From assembly GCA_016928955.1 (NCBI GenBank), contig JAFGJV010000004.1, forward strand, positions 62,001 to 126,000: DNA of 64,000 nucleotides, read 5' to 3'. Under the pieces are notes generated by a model that saw only the letters and a list, made by a program, of their open reading frames with translations, did not search any database and had not been told where the DNA came from. A program made the position numbers and the translations under genes. Within the stretch, counting starts at the first letter, position 1, and each line of letters begins with the position of its first letter. Source of the DNA: Spirochaetales bacterium (lineage in GTDB: Bacteria > Spirochaetota > Spirochaetia > Treponematales > UBA12059). Positions 29,986 through 40,300 of this stretch are shown here, one piece after another.

Positions 29986-31322
29986 AACGGCTCGTGACTG
30001 CGGCGCTGGCCGTTCTTGTCGCGGCGTCGTGCGCGCGGGCCAAGCCGGCAGAGAGCGATGGCACACCAGTGGATGTTTCCGTCGCCGAGGTCGTGTCGCT
30101 TGACATAGCGGAGCTGGTCAAAGGGTATGGCAGCCTGTCGTTCCAGGACAAGGCCGACGTCACGGCGCGAGAGGAAGGCCAGCTGGTCCGTCTGCTGGCA
30201 AAAGAAGGCGACGAGGTCCGGCGCGGACAGCTCATGGCCGTACTCGAGAACAAACGCCTCGAAATAGCGGAAGAGAGCGCCAGGAACGCGGTCGACCAGG
30301 CCCAGGCCGCCAGGCAGCTGGCCCTGGCGCGCAAACAGGAGGGGGAGTTCGCAGCCGAGGCACGGGTCCTTCAGCTCGAACGGAGCGGCATGGAATTGGA
30401 GCAGGCCAAGGCGGCCCTGGCGGAGGGGCGCAGGGTGCAGGACGAGCTGGAAATTCTCCATCAGGCCGGCGGGTTGAGCGAGGAGGAAATCATAGCGGGC
30501 CGGATCAAGGTTCTCAACCTGGAGGAGAAGGCGCATCTGCTGGCCAAGGACCTGGCCATACGCGAGGTTGGGCTCCGGGACGAGGACCTTGCGGCCGCTG
30601 GCTATTCGGGTTTTACAAGCGACCAGGAACGGCGCATGGCGCTCATAGGCCTGTGTACCGCGTCGCTCTGCGCCGAGCTTATGGCGGCACAGGCGCGCCT
30701 GAGTTCGGCCACTACCGACCTCAAAGCGGTCCGGCTGTCCCTCAGCGAATTGGAGTTGCGCTCGCCCATCGACGGCGTGGTGGGAGCCGTGTATGTAAGC
30801 CCCGGAGAATGCGTCAAGCCGGACACGGCCGTCTTCACGGTAATGGACGTGGACTCCCTGCACGCAGTCATACAGGTAGACGAGGTTGAGGCCGCCGGGT
30901 TGGAGGAAGGTTGCGGGGCCGAGTTGTTTGTCGACGCCACAGGCGGCGTGTTCAAAGGCAGCATCAAGTCCATAGCTCCGATCGCCGACGCAAGATCCGG
31001 CTCGGTCACGGTCAAGGTAGCTCTGCGGGACAAGCCTGCCGGGCTCAAGCCGGGTTTGTTCGTTCGGGTGACGATACACACCGGGCGGGGACGCACGGCT
31101 CTGATCGCGCCCGATGCATGCCTCCTTGGCGAACGAGATGGGGAAGCAAGCGTGTTCGTTGTCGCAGGCGGCAGGGTGTATGAGCGCACGGTACGTCTGG
31201 GTGAGAGCCTGCCCGAAGGACGGGAGCTTGTGTCCGGCGTGTCGCGAGGAGACGTGCTGGTAAGCGGCCCGGGCCGCTGGCTGAAGGAGGGCGACCATGT
31301 ATCGATCGCGGAGGAAAGCTGA
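29982..31322 (+). CDS. Periplasmic adaptor / membrane-fusion protein with a long alpha-hairpin
   Basis: AASC lipobox; KEGDEVRRGQL and LRSPIDGVV lipoyl halves; LKPGLFVRV; ERTVRLG. Confidence 0.9.
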   Translation: MKRLVTAALAVLVAASCARAKPAESDGTPVDVSVAEVVSLDIAELVKGYGSLSFQDKADVTAREEGQLVRLLAKEGDEVRRGQLMAVLENKRLEIAEESARNAVDQAQAARQLALARKQEGEFAAEARVLQLERSGMELEQAKAALAEGRRVQDELEILHQAGGLSEEEIIAGRIKVLNLEEKAHLLAKDLAIREVGLRDEDLAAAGYSGFTSDQERRMALIGLCTASLCAELMAAQARLSSATTDLKAVRLSLSELELRSPIDGVVGAVYVSPGECVKPDTAVFTVMDVDSLHAVIQVDEVEAAGLEEGCGAELFVDATGGVFKGSIKSIAPIADARSGSVTVKVALRDKPAGLKPGLFVRVTIHTGRGRTALIAPDACLLGERDGEASVFVVAGGRVYERTVRLGESLPEGRELVSGVSRGDVLVSGPGRWLKEGDHVSIAEES

Positions 31323-32769
31323 AGGACCAACCAGCCATGAGTTGCCGGTAGCGGCCGTCATGGTGCTATGCGCCGCCATGCTATCAGCCTGTGGCCTCCT
31401 TGACCTGAGGGACGTAGGAGCATGGACGTATCCCGACACTCCGTACCAGGTTCTGAAGGACCTGGACCAAGCTGTGCGCTTCGGCTTTGACGGACAAGCA
31501 GACCGTATAGCCGCTGAGCGCTCCTTCAGGGTGACCTGTCCGGATGGCGTCGTGGACGGCGACTTTGAGTGGACGGGGGAAGCATGCGAATGGTCGCCCG
31601 TGGGCGGCTGGGAACCGTGCGTGCGCTACAGGCTGGTGTTCAGAGGCGAAATCCGGATGTCGGACGGCCGTATGGCGCGTCCCTGCGTCGACCTACCGTT
31701 CTACGCTGAGAGGGCGGGCAGGCCGCCCTTTGTCGCCGGTGCCCAACCGCTGGACGGGGCATCCGTAGGTGTATGGGGCAGCGATGCTCGTATCCTGAAA
31801 CTGGATTTTTCAGAGCCGATGGACACGGCGTCCGTATTCCGGGAGCTGTCGCTGAGTCCGGGTGTCAATGCCGATCCGCGTTGGAGCGCTGACGGAAAAA
31901 CCCTGGAGCTCGTGCTCAACGAGGCCCTCGAGCCGTGCGTGCAGTACCGGTGGAGCCTGTCCGCTGAAGCGCGTTCAGCGGACGGATCCGCTCTGGGTGG
32001 CGATGTGACGGGTTCCTTTGTCAGCGACGCTGACCGGACGCCTCCATACGTGGCCAGCGCGGTTCCGGTGGGTCTCACGGGAGGACGTTGGCTGGAGCTC
32101 GGCGCGACCCTCGATGAATTGAAAACGGGCCAGTCGCTTGGCGTCAGGTTCAGCGAGGCCATGGATCCCCACTCGGCGGCGGCCTCAGTCCGCGTCGGGC
32201 CAGGAGTGTCGGGAAACTGCGCCGCAGCAGAGCCGGATTTGGTCGTATTCACCCCCGCGCAGGAATGGCCCCCCGAGTCGGCCCTGGTCCTTACCGTATC
32301 CGGGGACGCGGAGGACGCTTCCGGCCTGCCCATGGGCAACGAGTGGACGCAGGTCTTTCGTCCTGCCGTTCCGTACCTGCGCGTGCTTTCCATGCTCGAT
32401 CAGGACGGCTCGCTGCTGGAACAACCGAGTGGCGGAGAACTTTTCAGGGTGGCCGTCGGCCCCGAGCCCGATGGTGATTTTTACCTGAGCGTGAGATTTT
32501 CCGGAGCGTTCGACGACGCGGGCAAGGTCCTTGCCGTTGAGGATATCGCGCTGGCTGCTTTGTTCCCGTCCACGTTGCCCGCTCCGCGCCTTACCTGCGC
32601 CGAGTGGGTGTCGGACGACACGATCGCGCTCTCATGGGAAGGCTTGTCTGCCGGGAACTCCGACTGCCCCCACTATTATCGGCTCAGGATCACCGGTGGA
32701 ACTGGTGGCATACAAGATAGGGAAACACACGTCATGGACGGCGACCTGTCCCTGTACCTGGAGGGCTAG
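31297..32769 (+). CDS. Lipoprotein with tandem Ig-like (Big_5/SbsA-like) domains
   Basis: LSACG lipobox; repeated P.DG....L.FSEPMD, FSEAMDP and D..G..L motifs; exact start uncertain. Confidence 0.75.
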   Translation: MYRSRRKAEGPTSHELPVAAVMVLCAAMLSACGLLDLRDVGAWTYPDTPYQVLKDLDQAVRFGFDGQADRIAAERSFRVTCPDGVVDGDFEWTGEACEWSPVGGWEPCVRYRLVFRGEIRMSDGRMARPCVDLPFYAERAGRPPFVAGAQPLDGASVGVWGSDARILKLDFSEPMDTASVFRELSLSPGVNADPRWSADGKTLELVLNEALEPCVQYRWSLSAEARSADGSALGGDVTGSFVSDADRTPPYVASAVPVGLTGGRWLELGATLDELKTGQSLGVRFSEAMDPHSAAASVRVGPGVSGNCAAAEPDLVVFTPAQEWPPESALVLTVSGDAEDASGLPMGNEWTQVFRPAVPYLRVLSMLDQDGSLLEQPSGGELFRVAVGPEPDGDFYLSVRFSGAFDDAGKVLAVEDIALAALFPSTLPAPRLTCAEWVSDDTIALSWEGLSAGNSDCPHYYRLRITGGTGGIQDRETHVMDGDLSLYLEG

Positions 32770-32771
32770 CC

Positions 32772-34298
32772 ATGAGCAAGCGAGCGATGAGCGCTCTGGC
32801 GGCGGCCGCCCTGATCCTGTTCGGGTCCTGCGGCCTCCTCATCGACAGGCCTTTTGCCGTCAGCGCGTGGATGCCGGGGCGCGAGAGGATGGACGCGGCA
32901 AGCCTTCACGTCGTGAGCGTAAGCTTTTCCATGGACCCCGACAGGCCCCTTGCCGAGTCGTGCTTTTCCTTGGCCGAGGATGGGCGGCCCATAAGCGGGT
33001 CTTGTTCCTGGGAGGGCACAACACTGGCGTTCAGGCCGTACGGCGGGTTTGTCGAGGACGCGGATTATGTCCTGACCGTGTCCCAGGAGGCTCGGACTGA
33101 GGACGGGCTGTCATTGGCCTCGGACTTTGAGGCACGGTTCACGACCAAGGCCGAAGGCGAGCGCCCGAGGATAACGGGATCTGTGCCGGTAGATGGCGGC
33201 GTGCTCGCAGGACGCATGGATACGGTGACAGTGAGCTGCTCGGAGAGCGTCGATCCGCTTACGTTCAGGTCTTCCGTATCCCTGTCGCCTGGCGTCAAGG
33301 GCTACTGGTTCCTGTCAAACGGGGGCCGCGACATGCTTTTCCAGCCCTTCGAGCCGTTTACTGTCGGCGAACGATACAGCATCAGGGTGTCATCGGGGCT
33401 GCTCAGCCAATTGGGATACGAGCTCGGTTATTCGTGGGAAGCTGGCTTTACGGCGGGCTGCGACCTTGCGCCGCCTGAACTGGCATCAGCCGAGGCTGTG
33501 GACCAAGCCGGACTCGGCATGCTGTCGCTCGTGCAGGATGAGGACGGCGATACGTTGTGGACGGTAAACGCCGGTTGGGAAACAGCATGGTGGCTCAGAC
33601 TCAAGTTTTCGGAGAGTGTCGACCTGGCCAGCGTGGCGAGCCATACCAGGCTTGAAGGCGGGATCGCGTTCAAGCCGGAAACGGAGGCAGGTCTGTCCGA
33701 TTCTGCATTATTCCTTCCTACGGTTCAACCGGTGTGGGGCCAGGAGTTTACCGTTACGATCTTGCCCGGCATTGAAGACGCATACGGGAACCAGAGCGAC
33801 ATCCAATACGTGTTCCGCTGCGTCGCGGACGGACCCGGATCAAAACCGCCGCGGCTTATAGGCGTTCGTCTGCCCCTGGCTCCTGGCGCAACGGATCCAT
33901 CCTACCGGAAGCTCAAGGCCTATCCCTGGGCCGAGCAGTTCGCCAGCCTCGTGCTCGATACGTGCCCGGAATCGTTTCCCATAGGCGAGGCCGTATCCGT
34001 GCCCGTCGAGCTGTACGTAGAAGTAGCCCAGGGTGCGTCCCTGGACCTGTTATCTATCATGGAGTCGTTCAGGATAACGGGCGGAAACGACGCCCTGGAT
34101 TTTACGCCGACCCGCGTGAGGGCAGGCGGTCTTGACTGGGAAGCGCCAGAATGGCCGGGGGCTCTCCTTGCAACGGTGGACGGCACACTTGTGAACCACG
34201 CCAATTCGGGAATCATCACCCTCAGCGTGGCGGAGGGGTTTCATGACAGTGTCGGAAACTCGAACGCGGAGTCCCAGGATTTGCTCCTATTGAAGTAG
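32772..34298 (+). CDS. Lipoprotein with tandem Ig-like (Big_5/SbsA-like) domains
   Basis: FGSCG lipobox; FSMDPD, P.DG...SESVDP, FSESVD, IEDAYGN, HDSVGN, FTT motifs. Confidence 0.78.
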   Translation: MSKRAMSALAAAALILFGSCGLLIDRPFAVSAWMPGRERMDAASLHVVSVSFSMDPDRPLAESCFSLAEDGRPISGSCSWEGTTLAFRPYGGFVEDADYVLTVSQEARTEDGLSLASDFEARFTTKAEGERPRITGSVPVDGGVLAGRMDTVTVSCSESVDPLTFRSSVSLSPGVKGYWFLSNGGRDMLFQPFEPFTVGERYSIRVSSGLLSQLGYELGYSWEAGFTAGCDLAPPELASAEAVDQAGLGMLSLVQDEDGDTLWTVNAGWETAWWLRLKFSESVDLASVASHTRLEGGIAFKPETEAGLSDSALFLPTVQPVWGQEFTVTILPGIEDAYGNQSDIQYVFRCVADGPGSKPPRLIGVRLPLAPGATDPSYRKLKAYPWAEQFASLVLDTCPESFPIGEAVSVPVELYVEVAQGASLDLLSIMESFRITGGNDALDFTPTRVRAGGLDWEAPEWPGALLATVDGTLVNHANSGIITLSVAEGFHDSVGNSNAESQDLLLLK

Positions 34299-34366
34299 GG
34301 CCCTCCCCTGAAACTGAGGCTGGTAGGGTCGACCGCAATGTTGTTCGCAAAAAAAAGGAGAAAAAC

Positions 34367-37300
34367 ATGACGTACCTTGACACCAGAAGGATAGCCGCCG
34401 CTTTCATGGCCGTCATCATGGCCTTGGCCGGCGTAAGCGTTTCTGCTCAGACGGACGAGCGCATGCTGGAGGAAGTGTTCTCGCAAAACCTGGAACAATG
34501 CTTTGCCGAAGCGGACGGCGCCCGGGATCCTGTGGCCTGGATACGGTGCGCCCAGGGCGGGTTGGAAGCCGCCGTAGCGGGTTGGGAAGCCGCGGCCCTA
34601 GCGGTATACGAGGGCGGCCCGAGTTTTGAGGGAGACAAGGACAGGATTCAAAGGCTCGGACAGGAGGAACTGGATAGGTGTTTTGCCTCGTGGCTTATGG
34701 ACCGGTTTTTTGGCGGCGAGGCGGCAAAACTCAGGGCCAGCGTGGCGTCGGCCGCTGAACGGGAAAGCAGACGGCGTCTGTACGTCACCGACGATAGCTC
34801 CGAGCTGTGCCTGGCTCCGAACGGGGATCCCATCATTCAGCGTCCGCAAGGTTCCATCGAAGCGGAGGGCCAGGCATGGCAGTCCGCGCTGAACGCGTAC
34901 GCGAAGGACGCAACGGACAGCTTTTTAGCCGCCATCAATGGGCTGGGCCAGGATGCCCTGAGCCGGCTGGCTCCCGGCGAACGTGAACGCTTCCGGGACA
35001 TATTCGCAAAAAGCTCCCTCCGCGAGTCCGAGCGTTGCGGCACCCTTGTGCAGGAGCTCATGCGGAGGGAAGAGAGCCTCTTTGTCGCGCGTCTCGGTTC
35101 CGACCGATGGAGCCTGAGAAGCCAAAGCGAGGGTGAGTCGGCTGACAACGCCTTGCTCGAGGCGTGCGAGGAAGCCGAGGCGGCTTGCGACGCCGGCTTG
35201 AGCGCGCTGGCGCTCAGGATAGAGGAAGCCAAGGCAGGCGCCGGCGACCTTGCCCTGGAAGGCGCCGACTGGCTGGAACAGTTTCAGGAGCAATTCGAGC
35301 GCGGTCTGGACGCATGGGAACGGGCAGAAGAGCGGTTCATGACCCGTCGTCTGGAATGGGAAGCGTCGGCGGCGTCGGCTTTTGACGCCGGGATGACGGC
35401 CTGGGCCGACGCGTATGACCGGCTCGAGATGGCGAGCCAAGCATGGGAGGAACAGGCGTCGGCCTTGCTGGTCACGGGAGAAGCCGCGTTCAAGGAGGCC
35501 AGCGTAGCCCTCGCTGACGATATCGAGAAAGCGCGAGCCCTATTCGAATTTTCAGCTGCCCAACGGCAGAGCTCGGGATCGGAGAAGGCCGCCGCCCTGG
35601 TGGACATCTACGTGCAGAGCACCCGGTCGATGAGCAGCGCGGAAGAGGGGGCAAAATACTGGCTTGGCATCCTGTTTGATCGCGTCGGCATGGACGATCC
35701 GCCCGAGTTCGGAAGCCAGGAGCTCGAAACATTTTTGGAGCTCCGCAAAATCCTCTTGTCGACGCCGGTATACGCTGCGGATGCGTATGACGCTCAACGG
35801 GAAGCCCTTGAGGAAAGCGAGCGCTGGCTGGGCATGTATGGGGATTTCAGGAATCGGTGCACGGAAGCCCGGAACAGCCTGGAAAACGAGTACACCCTGG
35901 CGCTCGGCGGCGAAGCCCTGGGCGCCGTGTTGAGCGATGGAACGGGCCCTGGCGAGTTCTGCCTGGACGAATATCAAGTAGCCCTGCTCAAGGCCCGCGC
36001 TGTCCGCGCCTACTGGGATAGGCGGGCATCCATGGCCGAGCTTGTCCAGGCCTATGCAGAAGACCTGAGCTCGGGCCGCGCCACCGAGGCTGAGAGCGAC
36101 GATGCCTTGGCTGCGGCGGGAATTGAATACGCTTCGGCGCTGGACGCCTACCGGCAAGCCGTAGGCGCGGTGACGGATGCCGGGTCGGCCATACAAGATT
36201 CCAGGTCAGCCCTGGCGAGCGCCCTTGACGAGCTCGACCGAGCCGGTTCCGCCTTGGAGGCACTGAACAGGGAGTATTCCCGCGCCCTTGCGGCGATCGC
36301 CCTTGGCGGGGCCGGCTATCTGCGAGACGAGGCGGAAGCCTTGTACCAGGCCATGGCCGAGCTGGAGACGGAAGAAGCCGCGGAAAGGGAGGCCGACAAG
36401 CTGGCTGCTTTCCTGGCGGCTGGTTCTGCGTACGGCGTCGGGGCGACGCTTGAATCAGCAAGCGTTGCGTTCGACTATCTGGTGCGCGGCCGTTCGGGTG
36501 AGCCAAGCCTGGCAGAACTTGACGCCGCGTGGAGGAAGGTGTGGGATCCGTCCGGAAGCGACGTGCCTGATCATGTCGATCAGTTCGGGCTCTCCACGGA
36601 GGATCCGGAGTACCATGTTCTGGCACGTATGCTTAAGGGCCTTGAAACAGCGGACCCGGCGGACGGCGCGTATTTGAAAGCAGGCGAGGACGCGATACGC
36701 GCTGTCGTGCGCACGGCCGCGGCGCGCAAGAACGCGGCCTTGAAGCAGCGACTTGACGACCTGGCCTTGATAGCGGCAGCGGACTTAAGGGCTTGGTACG
36801 CAGAGAGAGCTGGGCGCTCGCTGCCCGAGGACATAGAAACGGCTCTTGCCGGCGACCTTGAGCGCGCTGAGCGCGAGCTTCTCAAGAGGCGGCTGGAGCT
36901 TGAGCTCGGGGCCCTCAAGCAGGATGGATCGTCATCGCTGGACGCGTTCTGGGCCGGGAACCCGGAGGATAGGGAGAGGGCCCTTGTCGTGCTCGAGTCG
37001 CTTGCCCAGGGACTGGAAGGCCACTGGGATGACGGCGCCGGAGCGTTCGACACGGTCCTGGCCGGGCTGTGTGCGGCGGAAGAGGGCGTGGAGCTCTTCA
37101 TCATGGGTCAGGGTTTCTACTCCGTGGACGGCCTGGACCTGGGAACCTGTTTCGCGAACGAGGAGCTGACCGGGTGCCTCCAAGCCAACGGCAGGTACGG
37201 CGCGTACCATGAATGGGCGGCATACGCGCCGGCGGTGGAAGCAGAACACAGGCGCATGGCTCTATCCATCATGTCGGACGCCCTGTCTGATCTGGGTATG

Positions 37301-40300
37301 TCCTCGCCCGACGAGGCGTTGGGGGAGCTCGGCCTGCCGGGAGCGGCGGCCCTATCGGCGGCGCTGAACAGCGAACCGGAAATGGCCATCGAAAAAACGC
37401 TCGACCTCATGATCGCGGGGCAAGGCGCCCGTTCCCTGGCACCCGGCTGGATGAGCGGCGTCCTTGATTCGTGGGTGGCTGCCGTGGCCGAAAGCGCCGC
37501 GTCGTGGGCTCTAGCGTCCGGTGTGGGGCTTGTATCCGTCGCGCAGGCCGATAGCGGGATACGGGACGCGCGTCTGGCCTTGGATCAAGCTTTGGCTGGG
37601 GCCAATCCGGACATGGAGCTCGAGCCGCTCGCCCGCGCCCTGGCAAGAGCTCAGGCGCTGCGCGTGCTCGCCATAACGGCCGAGCGCATAGAAACCGCGC
37701 GCGCGGAGGCAGAGGAGGACGGCACGCTCCATTGGCGGCAAGGCCTATGCTCGCCCTGCCTGGACGCTAGCGACGACGATGCGGGCGAACAAGCGAGCGC
37801 GCCTGCGCTTGCCGGGTCGTCCAGCTGGATCGAAGGCTACGCGCTGGATTCAGCCGATGCCCTGGACATGGCCGCACGGGCGGCAGGGGGCGCACTGCGC
37901 CAGTGGAGGGACGAGGATTTTATCGCCGGGGTGCGAACGGACACGGCGCTGGAAGCGTCGTACCGGCATCTCTTGGCTGGGATTGCGTCGTACCTTACAG
38001 ATCCTTCGGCGGCCTACAGCTCGGCCTATGCCATCGTGCTCCCTTCACGGTTGGACGACGCGTTTACAGCGGCCTCCGGGGAATGGAATTCGGTGCTCGC
38101 AGGGAAAGCGCGTCTCCGGGCGTCTTTTGCGAACGCCGTAAACGACTGGGCCCTTGCGTGCGATCCCGTGGCCCTCAAGGATGCCCTGCCGAGCATGGAG
38201 ATATGCCTTAACGCCGCGCGCGACAGCTACGAGCTTGCCAGAACTTCGTGGGAGCAGGCTACCAGCTCGTTCACGGCCGCTGGGGCCGCGTACGAGACTG
38301 CGCGGCAGGCAGCGGCGAGCCTGTACACGGGCCTTGAGGACGCGCGGTTTGAGCTTGAAGCCAGGAAGGCGCTCCAGCGCTGGGCGTCAACCGCGTATCT
38401 ATCCTCGGAGGGGGAGCGCTGCGTGGCAGTATACCGCGACCCGGCCGCCGAGCTTGCCTGGTGTCGCGACAGGCTCGCCAGATCAACGGAGGCAGTGGAC
38501 GTCCTGGCCGGTCTGTATGCGGGCGACCTGTCGGAACGGCCGTACGACGATCCCGAATACCAGGCCGCCTTGGCTGAATTCAAGGCGCGCCAGACTGACG
38601 CCATGCTGATGGCCAAGGCGGAAGCAACGCTGTCCAAAACCTGGACGGCGCTGAGCGCAGAAAGGGCGAGCGCGCTCCGGGCGTACTGGGATATCATCAA
38701 TGGCGGCGAATCGGGAATGCCCTTCGCCCAGGAGCTTCCTTTTGAGGATTATCAGGCCCTGGATACGCTGTCGACGGCGGGCTGGAACGACGTACTGACC
38801 GTAGGAGCCGATGGCAGGCTCGCCCTGTCGCGCGACGCAGACAACCGGCTTGTCTTGAACGACGCGGATGGCGCGCGGATACTGGCCGATTATTTCAAGC
38901 CCACAGAAGAAGGAGGGCCGAGCAGGTTCCAGGAGGCGCTGGGAAATTTCTCGGCTCGCATAGCGAGCTACAACCTGGACGGCGAACAGCTGTATTCATG
39001 GGGGCTGGCCAGGGACTACTTGCTTTCGTCAGTACTTCGGGCCAATCCGGACGCAGCCGTCCTTTCCCAGGACGGCCCGGTGTCCGATTCCCGCTTGCAC
39101 GACGCCATAAACGCGGTGTCGGTGTACTACGAGCCTGCGTCCAACATGCTCGATGAATTCAGGGCGCAAGGACTCGATGTCCTGCGCAGGCGCGCCTGGG
39201 ACAAGCTTGGCCAGGAGCAAAAGGCCGACCTGGAAATGCTTGTAACGCTCGAGCTTTCGGGCTCCTGCCAGGTGACGCCGCTTTTGAACGCCATAAAGGA
39301 CGCGACCAGGGCGGCTGAGTACCGGTATATGGAAGCGCGTTTTGACCACTTGATCGACCAGGTCAGTTTCATACTGTGGCCGCCGAACCTGGTGCGCTAC
39401 CTGTACTGGAAGGACGCCCGGGACTCAATCCTCAGCGGTCCCTGCGACGGCTTTACGCGAGAGATGGACCAAGGCGCCAAAGCCCTGAATGCCCGGGCAT
39501 CAGAAATGGCCAAAGCATGGAACCGGATACAGGGCGTCGAGAAACAGCTCGCAGCGCTCAGCTTGGACGGGGCGGGGGATGTCGGCGACCACATAGCGCG
39601 GGCCGTCAAGGCCGCCGGTGGTTGGAGCGACGAAGACGTGGCCGGCCTCAAGAGCGCGTGCGCCCGGCAACAGGCCGCTATCCAGGAAGGAAGCTCGTTT
39701 CCGGAACTCGTAGCAGGCATGAGCGAACGCTGCTCCCAGGCCGCGGCCGACGCCACCAAGACTCTGGAGGCTGTACACTCGCGCAAGCGCGCCGACAGCA
39801 ATCAGCTGGTCGCCGATTTCCAGGCATGTTACGACGGGTACCTGTCGGGCGATACCGACGAGGGCGCCTTCAGGGCGGCGGCGGCTCTGGCGTACGGCGC
39901 TGGAAGTCCCTCATGGAGCTCGCACCTCAGGTCCCTGGGAGCTTGGACCCTTGACGGACTGCTGTCGTCGCCTGACACGGATCCTGAGTTCCTGGAAAAA
40001 GCCGCGCGCTCAATGGTGTCGCTGATAGAACGAGCGTGGGCTGAGCGGGTGGCGGGGGAGCGGGCAGTCTTGGCCGACGAGTATTCGCTCGCGTTCGAGG
40101 ATCTAGCCGAACGCTGGAACGCGTGGAATACGGCTGCCGGTCTCATACTGTCGCGTGGCAGGGCCGATTTCATGCAGGCGCGGTCGGATATGGCGGAACG
40201 GGCTGAAGCATGGGCGGCGGCATTCGATAAGAGCTACCGGGAGAAAACCCTGGCATGGAACGCGGCGGCCCTGGACGCGGCAGACAGCAAGCTGGCATGG

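Noticed and set aside
29667..31439. 590-aa minus-strand ORF
   Set aside because: Antisense shadow of the TolC/MFP genes in high-GC DNA; no motifs
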